Shown here: in pieces, positions 48,013 through 61,595 of the stretch
Numbering within the stretch: position 1 is the first letter of the stretch
How the letters are laid out: each line of letters opens with the position of its first letter
Assembly: GCF_018977255.1 (NCBI RefSeq)
Contig: NW_024704742.1
Location: 6,946,001-7,010,000, forward strand
DNA: 64,000 nt
Direction: 5' to 3'
DNA from: Callorhinchus milii
Taxonomy: Eukaryota
Program-made: the position numbers and the translations under genes
The notes under the pieces: generated by a model
Told to the model about the DNA's origin: nothing
Seen by the model: the letters and a program-made list of their open reading frames with translations, nothing else
The model's database searches: none

Positions 48013-51000
48013 TTTAGAATGTACATATAGTAGTTTGATGCGAGTGCCAAAACATAAACTCATTCTAATATATATAACATCCTCCTATATAACACATATG
48101 GCTGGCTGACACATAGACCAAATAAAATAATTTTTTTAGGAGATACAATTATTTTACCTGCATTCCGCACCCCCCACGCACACACACACACAAACTTGCA
48201 TTTTTCGTATGTAATTTCTCAAGAGTAGCATTACAGACCAAATGAATACAGTAATTTCTTTTCTTGGCTCATACTCGCAAACTATTTTGTGGCATATAAG
48301 TGTGATCATTCGCACTACCACAGTCCACCAACGTTTTTATTGCTATATAAATGCACATTGTTGCTGTTGTTAATGTGGTAGCAGAAGGCAGGCCCACTAG
48401 TGAATTAAAAGGCTGACTCCTGTTTTCCATCATATGATATAAAAATGTATAAAAGGTAATAGTATAAATGAAGCACTGAATTCCTTTATTAATAGCCAGA
48501 CAATGCTAGAACACTTAGAGCTATCAGGAGTATTCAGAGGCTCCAAGAGAAACCTTTATAAATGTTCTCATTCATCCACAAAGACTGCAGTACTCCAATG
48601 GTAAAGCCTTCGGCAAAGCAGAGACTGATTTACATCAAGTAGAAGATCAAACAATTTCAACCACTACCGTTCTAATCCAAGAGACAAAAAGGACCTTCAC
48701 AAAGATCTTTTTACATGGACCAACTGCACAGTCACAAAAACAGGGATTACACTTTACACTGATCTAACAAGGTATTAGTGAAAATCTTGCACATTTCTCA
48801 TTCAACTTTCAATTGATGATTCAATGCAGGGCACAGATATCAAAGCTTCAGGTCCTGAAATAGGGTGGTTGGAATGAGGAGGGTTGGGGGGTGGGGTAGA
48901 GAGCGCAAGAAAGAAAGCAGCTCTTCGATTTTACGTTAAAGTGGAGATTTTGAGAAAAATCACACTCACAGCCAATCAATGTTAAACAGTAGGTCTACAA
49001 AATGCATGCCAATTCCAAGTCTTCAGCTGTACAAGGAAAAAAATAGATCTAGAATTCATGCAACTGCAAATGTGAAAAGCAACTGGGATCTTGCTACGCT
49101 TTCAGAGTTGAGGACAGAAATGCTCACAAGAAATCACCATTGTAATTCTAGCTTTTATTAAAGCTATTTTAATTCTGTGTGAAATTGACACCTCACACAA
49201 GTGGGGTGTTTACAAATTTTGCTGACATTGAGCATGCTGGGTCTATGATTGAGTACAACTTGCTCAGGATACCCTAATCTCAAACAAGATCCCCTAAACA
49301 GATCAGGTTACTCACATCCTTTTTTTGGTGGTGTGAAGTGTTTCAAGTCTACACTTTAAAAAAAACAGTAGGACTTTGTTCACTGTAACTTCACCTAAAC
49401 AACGAAAGTGGAATTCGCAACTTTACCAGTGAGGCTTGATTTAATTTTCAGTATTTTTACAAATGTCTTACTCTGAGCCAGTTAATAACATTGAGTGAAA
49501 CCACTCTGTAGTCTAGACTGGTGGGATCTGGTATAGGGTCAGTAAGGTAGATGTTGGGAAGACTGATACTGAGCCACTTGAAGATAGGGGAAGCCAAGAT
49601 GTGTGACACAGGTTTGTTTGTGCTGTGTAAGGTTTCAAACATGAGTGCCAGTACGTTTATAATAGCCATATACAGACCCCGGTAAAGTAAACTGGCATTT
49701 GATATGCACCATTAATTGTCACATTCCTGGGCTGCCACGTTATCAGAGTAAATTTGATTAATTGCCTTGAAAGGGTAACATGCCATGAATTGCTGATATT
49801 AACGCTGTGCGCAGTGTGGTGTGGAAAGGGCTGCTCACTGCCCCCCAAATCTGGAAAGCAAATCCCCTAAAGCACAAAAAGATGGCAATCTGCTAATGTT
49901 TTGAGCTGGGAATTGGAGCTTGTGACAGTGTGCACACACGCACCCACCCCTCCTCCTCCTCCTCAGAGCAGGAATCACTTAGCTTCACATGTTTGCTTTT
50001 GCCGAGTCCCAGAAATTGGAAAGTAAATAACAGTAATGTCCTTTAAAATTGAAGTAAAAAAATTCCCCAAAGGCTACTTCTGAACCATTTATACTAGGAA
50101 AGCAATTGATTCCAGAGGGAGAAAAACCTACTGACTATTGGGCAAAAATGTGTTGTGTGTGTTTTTAATCTTGGTGCGCAAGCTTGTTGTCTCTTTCTTC
50201 AGGAAACTGCCATGTCCAACTATAACAAATAGTCATTCCTACTTGTTAAATGTACCGCAGTCACAAAGCCGCATTTGGATTCAACACAGGCCTGACCTGG
50301 CACAGTAAAGGTCATGTTTGAGGCTGATAAGATTGTAATACAGCAATTGCCGAGCTTGTTGACCCCAGGTAGTTTAATATTATATTTCCTGTCCCCACCT
50401 CCTTTCATTGTTCTCTTCATCTCCAATGCCCAGTTTCAACTGAGCTGATGACCTTCCGCTAGCTTTTTTCGTCTCGCTGAATATTAAAAGTGCCTCTTAC
50501 TGTAAAACAGAACAGTTTACTGTGGTGGCTGAAATTTTGCATTCTGCTTGTGGGAATAGGTTAAATCCTTCGACCTACCGACTGAACCGGATTTTATTGA
50601 TAGAAAATGAAGACATGTATTGTTGCGAAGCTGCATTGTAAAAGAAATTCATACTTTTTCCACATGCAGAGATTGTTTTTTGAATAAAGGATTCTTCAAT
50701 GGAAAAAACAGCAGGTACCAGGTAAAAATGGCCTAAACTGCACAGAGCTATGGTGAGCTCCCCTTCAATTGACGTCTTGCTCTTCCAGTCTCGCATGAAT
50801 TCACATAAATGTATTCACATCCCTGCCAACATCTTTACCAGATTGTTCAGTCAAACAAAGCAGTTTGGGATTCCTATTTGAAATGGATTTCCATTGTGAG
50901 TGGTGCACCAAAGCTTCCAGCCAGAAAACTGCACACAATAATCTTTTATTACACATACCAGAGTCTTGACTGTACCATAATGATGCTCCCAGATATAGAA

Positions 51001-51744
51001 TAGTCCCTCATTTCACCATTTTATCATTAATCCCATCATTAGTCTAACCGTGGCCTCTTAAAAGATTTTATAATAATAATGAACGTTTTTTTTCCACATG
51101 CTATATATTTTGTGGAAAGTTTCGTTAAGATTTTGCTACTACAGTACTTTTTACCCTCATTGGCATAATTTCAATTTTATTGACATCATAATGTACACTG
51201 TAAAAATATAATGGAGGCTAAGTAAAAGGCTAGAATTTTAAACTCGAGATTCTTAAGATAGTAACTTAAGTTTCCCTCTTGTGGCTGAGGGCAGCATCTA
51301 ATTTCCCCTTCACTTAAATTACAGCCCTATTATTCACTTCCAATCACCCATAACTTGCACGTGATAGTTTTCAACTACATCCTCTTACTGGGTAACAGCA
51401 GGCAACACAGTGACATCAGTGGTCAAATGTAATGAGGCATTAGATTCCATAATTACCCTCTGATGTGTCTTGCAGACAGCTACAGCTCCCTTCAGTGGAT
51501 CAGTAACTAACAGTAAGAACTACATCATGTCGTAGGACTCTTTTCAAGCCAATATCGCCTACTTTTCTCCTCCAAAGATCCCATTCCCAAACAAAGGGTG
51601 GTAGAAATACAAAGTTCAGAAGTTATGCAAAATTAACGATAACCTTACGTTTGATTGTAGCGCTTTTCATGTCAGGAGGACGTCTCAAAGCGTTTCATAG
51701 GGTACACCGTAAATTGCAGGGATTGGACATTTTGGAGGCAAGTT

Positions 51745-52215
51745 GGCTCACAGGACTGATCCAGTGAGCAGCTGTGCTACAGGAAGGTTCCCAGGTTTGA
51801 TTCCTGATCTGTGTTTCCTTCAGCTTCTCTGCCCCCACCCTCTAGAACTCCAACCTACAATCCCTCCGCCTCGCCCCCTCCTTTGCCTCCTTCAAGACCC
51901 GTTTCAAAACTCTCCTCTTTGACGGTGCCTTCGGTCACCTCCTACCCCTGCCCTCCCTCCACCCCTCCTGATCCCAACCACCAGCTCGGGTGCAGATCCC
52001 TGAGTGTCCAGCACCTTGGGACGTCCTCCTGACGTGAAAGGCGCTTTACAAATGTTATCTGTTGTTGTGTAGAGTGAACTGGCCTCAGGCAGGATGGAAG
52101 GAGTGGCACTGGAATTGGCTTCAGCGTTCGGGGATAAGGAGGGGGGAATTCAGCCAGGGTTCCTGCACTCAATCACCATCCAGCAACATTTGCAGGGAGC
52201 TTCAAGCTCAACATA
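51745..52215 (+). mobile_element. Old SINE family D interrupted by an L2 3' fragment
   Basis: GGTTCCCAGGTTTGATTCCTGATCTGTG head; resumes after 52070 with GGAATTGGCTTCAGCG...TCAGCCAGGGTTCCTGCAC. Confidence 0.55.
51815..52070 (+). mobile_element. L2 3' fragment (type-1 tail)
   Basis: CCTTCAAGACCCGTTTCAAAACTCTCCTCTTTGAC (FKTRFKTLLFD); GCACCTTGGGACGTCCTCCTGACGTGAAAGGCGCT. Confidence 0.85.
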
Positions 52216-52239
52216 AGGAAGATGAACAGATAGTTTAGA

Positions 52240-52395
52240 TTTAACTACTTTACACAGATTGTGGTGGAGCATATAAAACAGACTGCCCAGGCATTTATTG
52301 GAGGCAGGCAAAGTCAGTCAATTCAAGAATGAGTTGAATAGTTTGGTAAGAAAGTGATTAAAGAATATGAGAAAGAGGAATTGGGGTGACATTTG
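52240..52395 (+). mobile_element. CR1 ORF2 extreme C-terminal fragment, decayed
   Basis: YFTQIVV..LP..EAG..FKNELN-like pattern. Confidence 0.45.
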
Positions 52396-52783
52396 ATAAC
52401 ACTTTGCTTGTGATAACTAGCGCAAGAAATACATTATGAAATGATGCAAACGTATTCCTCAATTATCTCAACGATAACAAAGAAAATCTAAAGCAATTTA
52501 ATTCAGTTAAGTTCCTGCTTTTAGACCCAAAAGCAGTTGTTCACTCCAAGGATCTCTTCAGACACATCACAACAAGGGGTGGCTGAGCGGAATTAGTCAA
52601 GCAAAAGATCTTATAGTAGCTGGAATATCCTGATCCACAAGCCTCCAGATACATTGATCTTTTACTTCATGGCTGTTTATAGGACATCGCTATGCACAAA
52701 TTGGCTGCTGTGTTCGCCTGAAATAAACAGTCACTACAGTTTATAACAATTATCTATGGAATGCTTTGAAATGTTTTGACGTC

Positions 52784-53161
52784 ATAATAATAATCCTTGC
52801 ATTTGATATAGCACCTTATCACTTCTCTAGACGTCTCAAAGCACTTGACACAATATACTGTAAAGTGGAATTGACTGTATTTTTTTGTGGGCGGAACCCG
52901 ACAGTCAATTACGCACAGCAGCGTCCCACAAACAGTTGTGAATTGAAGTGACCAATTTATTAATATTTCTTTTTGGGAAGGAATTATTACTCTCAGGAAA
53001 GCCATCTGCCAATTGACTAACAACCGGGTTCCTACTTACTGCTAGGTAAACAGAGGCGTGTGGAGTAGGGAAACTTACCCGACATTTCTCCCTGCTGGAA
53101 ATCCGAACCCAAGGTCCTCTCGCTTGCGAGGCGAGTGCTCTAACCACTGAGATACAGGACT
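52784..53161 (-). mobile_element. Family A SINE, full length
   Basis: Reverse head GTCCTGTATCTCAGTGGTTAGAGCACTCGCCTCGCAAGCGAGAGGACC. Confidence 0.92.
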
Positions 53162-53359
53162 TACCTGAGCTATAAGTGCTATATCAAATTTCTTGTTATT
53201 TTACTGAAGGCTATAAGAAAAGGTCACGGTAACAATGTCAGGAGGTTTCTTCAGCATCACTTCTTCAACACTAAACGTGATCCCACAGTAAAAAAAAAGT
53301 AGTATTTTTGGTTGAAGTAAATCATTGTTGCCAGGAATTTATCTTTTATATACATATTT

Positions 53360-53866
53360 TGTTTGGCCAGCTGGTTGTCAAGACACGTGCTGAAACCCAT
53401 TGCCAGTATTCAAACCATACTGAGAGCTCCACGCATGCATGAAAATGTCCCTGTGTCTGGAATGCACACTCTCCCTCCCTGGACAGAAGACTCCTGGTTA
53501 CCTAATTCAGAGAGTATTCGGTGCTGGTTGGCAATTGCCAGGGCTTGGGTGTCTCCAGAGTCTGTGTTGGCTACTCACTGGAGTTTAAACAGTGAGAGAA
53601 ACACATATGCTTGGCATTCAGTGCACTGCCTGGCAAGCTTCCCGTTGCCTGGCAGCGAAGACCACCCTACCCGTTAGGGCTTTGACTCTCAGAAGACAAG
53701 TGGGAAGTATTAATACCCCTGTATCTGGTTTGCTCCTCCAAGTCCTGACCGGCTGGTCTGTCACTGACAGTGCCCTGGAGTGCTGTGGAAATGTCAGGTC
53801 ATCCTCCCAATAGACCAAGCTGAACCGCCTCCCCCCCCTCCCCCCACAACCTCACCTACCCCTTGC
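53360..53866 (-). mobile_element. Family C retroposon, diverged
   Basis: GGAATGCACACTCTCCCTCCCTGGA, CTGGCAAGCTTCCCGTTGCC...GACCACCCTACCGTTAGGGC. Confidence 0.75.
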
Positions 53867-53989
53867 GGAGTCACAAGCTGGTCATTACTTGCCTTTTACA
53901 CAGCGAGTTTTATAGTTGCAAAGGTTGCAGTTAGGAAATAATTCTAGTCTTTAATTTTTATTACAAGTTAATTTTGAACAGCGGGTGAA

Positions 53990-54300
53990 GCCCTGTGCAA
54001 TTGCAGGATTGAGTCTTAATCTGCGCAGTTATCTGATATCAGACAAGGCAGCAGTTTGTGATTTGAGGCACGATGACTGATTTTAGCACCTCAGGGTAGG
54101 GATCACTATTCAGTGACCCCCTCTGGAAAGGGCACATCTGTCAACATTGGTTGAGTTTGGAGACTGCCTGCAATATTGCCCTCGGTTTAATAAAGCCTAC
54201 GAACATTCGCTGCCTGGGGTCCCAGAGTGTCCTGTCGAATGGCCAGGATTTGTCACTTGGGCAAACTGGGTCTGGGCACTAAAGGAGGAGACATTGCCCT
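53990..54300 (+). mobile_element. Old SINE family D, diverged
   Basis: GATCACTATTCAGTGACCCCCTCTGGAAAG block similar to 30269-30299. Confidence 0.45.
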
Positions 54301-54529
54301 AAAGAGAAATTTAGCAAAAGTAAGATTTTCAATTTACTTCAATTTACTTTACTACCTACAGGGCAACTTTTTAAATATTTTCAAAAAAAGCCTTCCAAGA
54401 ATTCCGATAGAATTCCTCACCGAAGTTTGCAGATATAAATAGCCATGTTTCTAGAGCTGAGTCAAACAAAACTTTCTGTCAAACAGCCACAAACGGCCAC
54501 AATTAATGGAGATAAAAAAAAAGAACATT

Positions 54530-54816
54530 TAGTCCTGTAGCTCAGTGGATAGAGCGCTCGCCACACAAGCAAAAGACCTGGGTTCGAATCTTGGCAGAGC
54601 GAAATTTTCCGGGGTAATAATAACTTTAAAAAAATTGGTCACTTCAATCCACGACTGTTTGTGGGACACTGCTGTGCACAATTGGCTGCCGCGTTTCGCC
54701 ACAAAATATACAGTCAATTCACTTGACAGTATATCCTGTGAAGAGCTTTGAGACGTCTAGAAAACCTGATGAGGCGCTGTATCAAATGCAAGGATTATGA
54801 TTATTATCATTATTAT
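54530..54816 (+). mobile_element. Family A SINE with core deleted
   Basis: tRNA head joined directly to TTTTCCGGGGTAATAATAAC; tail intact. Confidence 0.9.
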
Positions 54817-55751
54817 TTAAAAAACTGCATTGTAAAATGATGTCTGACAGAGATGTAGGGCCATCTCCCCTACAGGTTATCTATCTTACAGGCCAATGGG
54901 AAAGCCCTCTAATCTGGAAGGCCCAGGTCTCAGGGACCAAACCTACCTCGAGAATCCGTGGCAAGGCAATAGCACTCCTCATTGTAAGACGAAAATATTT
55001 AATATCGACCGCACCAAAAAAAAAACGAGAGGTGCCGATGGGATTCGAGTTACACAAAAACAATAGAGCTGAGTAAGTGGACTTGGTTCTTTGGAAAGAA
55101 GCAAAGGCTCTTGACTCATTTGTTTCCACGTTGCAAGAAAGCCTGAGCATTTCTTCAATCTCTCAGCAGGCAGTCAGATCAGGGCCTCTTAAAAATTTCA
55201 GAGCTGGAAGCCAACATAAATCTGCTAAGCACATTTGCAACACTCTTGAAAACTTATATTTCTAGCAGTGAGTTCTGGGACCAAATAATGTTGCACAGAT
55301 TGCCTTTTATATCCCTTTTGGAATATCAGTGGGTTAGGCTGCCAGGCAGACCTGCTGCGTAAAATGCTGACATGAAATGCATTGGTCTCAGTGGACTGCA
55401 GTAACTTGGCAATCTATAGCACCCACGGAGATTCTGGAGGCTTCTTACTAATAAGTATGCACTGAAGCAATGGAGGCCATTTCATTATTAAATCACAATC
55501 GGTGAATGTGTCAGGGGGTTGCACAGCAAAAAGATACCTGAGCCAAACTTTGTTTAGTCTGTGGATGCCTATGTAACCAGACCATGTGAAAGGAAATCTG
55601 CATTTGTGGAAAAGACCCTTCACTTTCATAGAATGAAAGTATCAGTATAAATGGTGACCGTGGCTAAAAGGAATGGATTGACCATAGCAAAACACTACAG
55701 TATGTCCATTGCTGAAGTTTACAACCTCCAGATAGTCAAATTGGAGTCCAG

Positions 55752-56115
55752 AGGTCCAAATCCCTAGATTCTTAGCTTGCAATACCTCTCTCGCTTAAGA
55801 TTTAAGATTGGGTAGATTTGTGGAAAAATCCTAGAACCCAGTCTCACCATTTGTACTCAATTCTATGGGGCAGACTTCACTTTATATTTAGATTCTAGTA
55901 AATACAATAATTGGTAGCCACTTTTCCACAGTTGAAAAGATCCGACCTTCAAATTAAATTGGAATTTGAAGAATTTTCCTCATTTCTGTGTGATCTTAGC
56001 TTTTAGAAATAACATGACAAATGATGCTGGTTCTCTGACAGAGCTATCGGTTTAGTTCCTTTTCCACATTCTCTGTTATAGTTCTCTTTTATGGAATAGA
56101 TGGAATTTCAGGCCT
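55752..56115. mobile_element. Family H MITE with 3-bp CAG TSD
   Basis: CAG|AGGTCCAAATCCC ... GGAATTTCAGGCCT|CAG. Confidence 0.6.
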
Positions 56116-56214
56116 CAGGAACCTAAGGAATGAGTGTAGAATGTTTTTTCACCCACAAAACTCCATTCTCAATTTATACCCGGTACTTAGTTTAAGGCTA
56201 CGTACTTTAAGTCT

Positions 56215-56720
56215 TGATTTCTGATCATCATTCTCCTGCCTTTTCTCCACAGCCCACACCCATCGTTTATATTCCTTGCCTTCAGATATTTATCTAATTC
56301 TGGATCCTGCCTCAATCACTATTCAAGGAACACTATTCCACATCCCAACAGTTCTTTGTCCAAAATAAATTCTCTTAACTTTTATTTGCTTTTTCAGTAA
56401 TTACCTTAAATCAATGCCGCCAAGTTTCCGACTTACCAACCAATGGAAATAATTTCTCCATGTTTAGGAATAGTTGTATATGTATCCATAGAGTAAACAA
56501 AGTGTGGATATCTACTCCCTCATAACTTAAAAACTTTTATCTGATCTCCTCTCAGACCCAGTTCTTCCAGTCTCTCTCTCCTCATAAGTAAAACCTTTCA
56601 ACCCTGGTACCGTCCTCGTGAATGAATATCCTCTGCACCCTCTCTGTGCCCTTGATATCCTTGCAACAGTGGGACATCCAGAACTGGACACAATAGTCCA
56701 ACTGTGAGCTACAACTGTGC
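56215..56720 (-). mobile_element. CR1 LINE ORF2 C-terminal fragment
   Basis: Reverse translation QLDYCVQFW..CKDIKGTERVQR..RTVPGLKGFTYEER..LRGD. Confidence 0.88.
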
Positions 56721-56811
56721 CTCATATGAAGATCAGACCCTTCAACAATGCAGCACACTCCCAGTAATGAATTGCAATGTCAGCCTAGAATGTGAAAATA
56801 CCAAAGTAGTG

Positions 56812-57292
56812 GCATGGCCTGGCTCAGTGGTAGCACTCTTGCCTCTGAGTCAGAAGATTGTGGGTTCAAGCCCCACGTCGGGTCTTGAACTCACATGGTC
56901 TAAGCTGACACTCCAATGCAGTGCTGGGATTTTTGTCGCATTGATGGAGGTTTCATTCTTCAGGTGAGACGTTAAAACTGAGGTCCTGTCTGCCTGTTCA
57001 GGTTGATGCTAAAGATCCCATGGCATACTTGAAAACAGATCTGTAGGAAACTTCTGAAAAGAGAAAGTTCTGAAGGAAGTTTCTCCTTGTGTCCTGGCCA
57101 ACAAACCTCCAAATAAAATGCGGTCACTCTCTTCACAGCTATTTGTGGGACATTGCTGTGTGCAAATTGGCTGCCCCAATCGCCCACAAATACGCAGTCA
57201 CTCCATAGTAAATCCTGTGAAGCACTTTGGGATATCCCCCAGAAGTGAAAGGCGATATAACAAATGCCAGGATTATTATTATTTATTATTAT
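56812..57292 (+). mobile_element. Family B Deu-SINE, full length; an inverted B head follows at 57298-57365
   Basis: GGCCTGGCTCAGTGGTAGCACTCTTGCCTCTGAGTCAGAAG head; GAGACGTTAAAACTGAGGTCCTGTCTGCC...AAAGATCCCATGGCA Deu domain. Confidence 0.88.
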
Positions 57293-57316
57293 TACCAAAG
57301 TGGAGCTTAAACCCAC

Positions 57317-57347
<31 letters not shown>

Positions 57348-58731
57348 AACTGAGCCAGACTGACAAATGTGAGTGAGTTCGGAAAATAAGTTTGCGGTCT
57401 CCAGTTCTGGATATTTCTCATTGTGCAGGGCCACCTCAGACAGTTTCTTTAGACCGACCCTTGAGATTCTCTCGGGTCCTGATCTGACCATAACATTAGG
57501 CAGAGAAGGCTGCCTCTTAAGGCAGTGGAATACGACAATCAGAATCGGGAAACTTTGCTTGGACAGGAGCCTATGCCTTACAGTGTCTGTGGCCAAAGGG
57601 GGCGATGGCAGAACTTTGGCAGCAGGCCAGCCAGCCGCACAAACTACAGAAACACAAATCATACTTTACGCGGGGAGAAAAGAAATACTTTTATGATGTG
57701 TTTTTTTTAAAAAAATCCGAATTAATTCTAAGTTCCTATGAAAACAGTGTGTGGGAGAGAAATGAGGGAAACATCATCAAATACACAGCTGTTTCAATAG
57801 ATTTGTGAGTCGGATTTTTTTAAATTCAGATTTTTTAAAAAATATTTCTTTTAAAAAAAGTAACGTTAGCTATTTGTTTCATGGAAACCGAGGTCTACGG
57901 TGGTCTTTCTTTTCGCTGTCAGAAGAAACAGGCTTCTTCAGCAACACAAATGCTTTGTCAGCTATTGAGTTGACTACTCGCATTTATATAGCGTCCTTCA
58001 TGTGGGGTAGAGTCTCGGAACGCTTAACCCATGATAAGAGGATGAAATAGTAGAGTGGGTGTTCTGGAAAGACAAGATCAGATCAAAGGGCCTTCTTCAT
58101 CCAAACCAGGATTTTTTTTTAACGTCAGATTGTAGCCATGTTGTGCATGCTTAAGAGTCTAAGAAAGTGGACAATCTATTCTTATCCCACTGAGCTTTCA
58201 TTTACTGATCTCTAAGCACAGTGATCCTTAATTACATCTTTATAATCGGTGGTAACCAACAGATCTAGCTTTTAGTAATCAGCGTACAGAGACTCAGATA
58301 TTGGTGCTTCAGTAGTTTTACATTAAGAGAAACTGCGAAGGTAATGCTCCTTTTCTGATCAATGGCAAACACTGTGGCTCTTACCACTCATCAAAGGCAG
58401 GAATAAAACTTTTTTAATGTGCTCTCTGAGGTCTCCTTGCTGCTCTCGAGCAAGTGATGTGATGCTGTTGTCTAGAGACGTGTGGTGCTCCGTGGAATTT
58501 CCTGCTTTCGCTGAGTGAAACTCAAACCTCTGCTTTTTAAAAAAAAACACAGCATTTGCCCCAGTTGGAATAAGGGATGTTGTTAAAAAGGGAGAGTGCT
58601 CTGACATTAGGAAGCTTTCAGACAGGCTCCATTTCAGCGCAGCCAGGAAAAGCCTGTTGTGCAGCTTTCTGCTGTCGCATCAGCATGCTGACCCATAACA
58701 GGTTTGTCCTGGGGCAGCAGAGCACGCTCTG

Positions 58732-58952
58732 AGGCCCCAAATTCCGCTCAGTTTATGTCTGCAAGACACTTTTTAATCTTACACTTTAAAGCAGTGTAGA
58801 AATGTTGCAAACTATTAAATGCAGTTTAATTTGAAGACGGTTTCTTTTTAAGAACTGCAGAAAAAACGGCTTGCAAATTATGTCTGAATTGAAGAGTTTT
58901 GCCCTTTAAAACAACAGTCTGACAGGCGAAGATGGAGTGAAATTTCAGGCCA
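58732..58952. mobile_element. Family H MITE, complete
   Basis: TIRs GGCCCCAAATTCCGCTC / GAGTGAAATTTCAGGCC; central palindrome AATTTGAAGACGGTTTCTT...AAAAAACGGCTTGCAAATT. Confidence 0.7.
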
Positions 58953-59037
58953 GTGAGTTTCCCGGCTTATTTTCTTTTAGTTTAAATTGAAGATTAAAAC
59001 AACACATCTGCCCTCTCTCCCCCGCACGGCTCTGGAT

Positions 59038-59190
59038 AAATAATGATAATCCTTACATTTTTTTTACCTTTCACATCAGGACGACATCTCAAAGCCCTTC
59101 ACAGGATGTAGACTGTAGTAACTGTGTAAGTGAATAGGTGAACGAGGCAGGCAATTTGCACGCACCAAGCTCCACAAAATAGCAAAAGAT
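59038..59190 (-). mobile_element. Family B SINE 3' fragment
   Basis: ATAATCCTTACATTT...ATCTCAAAGCCCTTCACAGG. Confidence 0.6.
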
Positions 59191-59924
59191 TTGATAATGA
59201 GACATGGAAGGATGCAGTTAAGTTGCACTAGAATTTGACTCAGTCTCCCCATGCTTGGAGAAAATATTCACTCCTGATTTCTCTTCTTGAAAATGTAGAT
59301 CCGGGCTGCAAATACATGGATAGAAGGAATTAAAGATGCTTCAAGTTACTTCATTAACAACAAAAAAATTACATTTGTATAGTGCCTTTCACGTCAGCAG
59401 GAAGTCCCAAAACAACCAACTAAAGGTTGTTAATAAATACATTTTGTTCGTTAATTACATGAAGGAAATCAGACTCCCTCTCTACATGTGCTGTGCAATG
59501 TTTACATACGGTTTACAAATAGACTTTGTGGTTTGGGATTTTAGCGGCTAAGATTCAGTATTGATGGATTTTTCTAATTTTCTCTAAATTAAAGGAAATT
59601 GTTATTGAAAGAAATGGTTAGGAAGTACTTTCACTAAAGAGACTGAATGAGCGGGGTGGAGCCCAGGCTTTGTCTGGACTGCGGAGAGAGAGGGCTTGAG
59701 ATGGGCTAAATTTCTTTAATTCCATATTTATGCACTGTCAATCTCTGCACAACAGATCAGAATTAAGGTGCGGCTGAATCGGGATAGCCACAACTAAATA
59801 TCTGGGAATCTGGAAAAAAATAATTCGTGAATTTTACCCGTGACACACTGCTCCTTGAATCACAGAAATTACAGCAACAGTAACTACAACAACAACAACT
59901 TGCATTTATATTGTGACCTTGATG

Positions 59925-60175
59925 CAGGCTCTAGCAGGGACACAGTCTATCCAGTCTATCGTACCGGTGCTGGAATAGGCTCTCCCACTGGAGCTATCCA
60001 TTTCTAATCCCCATTTCTCTCACTTAATCGCTATAGCCTTAAACATTATTGTTCTTCAGATATCTATCCAGTTCTCGTTTAAAAGCTGCTATGGATTTGG
60101 CTTCAACAGCCATTTAAGGAAAGGTATTCCACCCTTCAAAAAAGGTCTTCTAACCTCCCCGTTTTTCTTCAGCTT
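59925..60175 (-). mobile_element. CR1 3' fragment
   Basis: CTTCAGATATCTATCCAGTTCTCGTTTAAAAG is the reverse of FKRELDRYL. Confidence 0.65.
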
Positions 60176-61595
60176 GTAAATTGTGCAGCGCATTTTCCCT
60201 AGAAACCATCAATGAAGAGGCAGCGTTTAAGTTTGCTTCACACAGTAAAAATGCCACCGTGGGGAACTTAATGAGTGCATTTTCTGCGTCCCCCTAGCAA
60301 GTAAATGTGTGATTGCTATTTATTATTGGCTATCAGCATTTTAAAAAAACATTAAACGCTGATAAATTTTAAAGGGAGCTAAATTTGAAGAGGTCATTTG
60401 TACCAATATTTGTTTGGGCGCATGTTGAACAAATTAAAGCTGCAATTGACCACACAAATAAAAGCTTTTAAAAAAAATATGATTTAAGAGCCTTTGGTGA
60501 TTCTTGGCAGCACACCAGCAATTGCTGTGTTTTTCCACATTGTTTCGGCATCTTTATATGTTTTTTTTATAAACAGCAGCAACATAACACGCATTTCATT
60601 ACTGTGTGGGGTTAGAAGGTCACCTGCCCCGAGAGACCACACTTGGCACTGAGCGTGCAGTAGAGCATTCAGCAGGTCATAGTTCCATGGTCAAGAAAAC
60701 AGATTACTGTATTTTCTTTCAGTAAATGAGGGCAGAAAAGTATTCACACCTCCCCCTCCACACACACCGAACACCAGCAAGCAAAGCAATGACAACAAAC
60801 ACTCAACCTAGGTTTCTAAATCATTACTGGGGCCCCGTGTCTACATGGACGTGGTTTGCACTGTCATGGACGTGAAAAGAGAGGCTGGGGTGTGTGAGAC
60901 GGGTTACGGGACTCAGCCATGAGTGGAGCCGGCTTCTCCCCTGGTCCATGTGGATATTAACAGATTGCTCTAGTTTCCAATTATGTTTCAAATGAAGTAC
61001 AGTCGAGTCTGCTTGATGATACAGCCCTTTGAGACGTCTCGAAGACGTGATAAGGCGCTCTATCAAACGCAAGGATTGTTATTTCAGCAAATGATTTCAT
61101 TACTCTTATTTCAGTACTCTTTCAGCAAATTATTTCAGTGCTCTTTCGGACTAGACAAAATTATAACATGACAACATATTGTAAAAAGAGGGGAAACTTC
61201 CCTTATAAATGCTTGCAGACTTTTTTGAAGGCATTTACAATTTTAAGGATGAGAAAAAATATTGTGACAGATTCAAAATCTTCCTACAGATTCACTGTAA
61301 AAAGGTTTTTTTCAATAAAATCGATTATTTTTGACTGTTTGATCTTCAAAAGTGAATCGCAAAAATAACAGCACCTTTGAGAGCAGAAAATACTGAACTG
61401 TAACAGCCACTTCTCATTAGACAACTCATCTTCCATCAACCCATCTGCCAGGCCTGCTCATCAACCCATCTCTTGTTGACTCTCAAAAAAAGAAGGCAAA
61501 ATACTGCAGACACTGCAAATCTGAAATTAAAGTCACTAACTATCTTCTGAGTGAAAAAAAAACTTCCTGGTACCTGCCCTGAAATTGCTAGGAAC

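Noticed and set aside
57590..57608. CTCF site GGCCAAAGGGGGCG
   Set aside because: One base short of the required core spacing
56972..57696. 149/127/107-aa ORFs
   Set aside because: Largely read through SINE sequence; no protein resemblance
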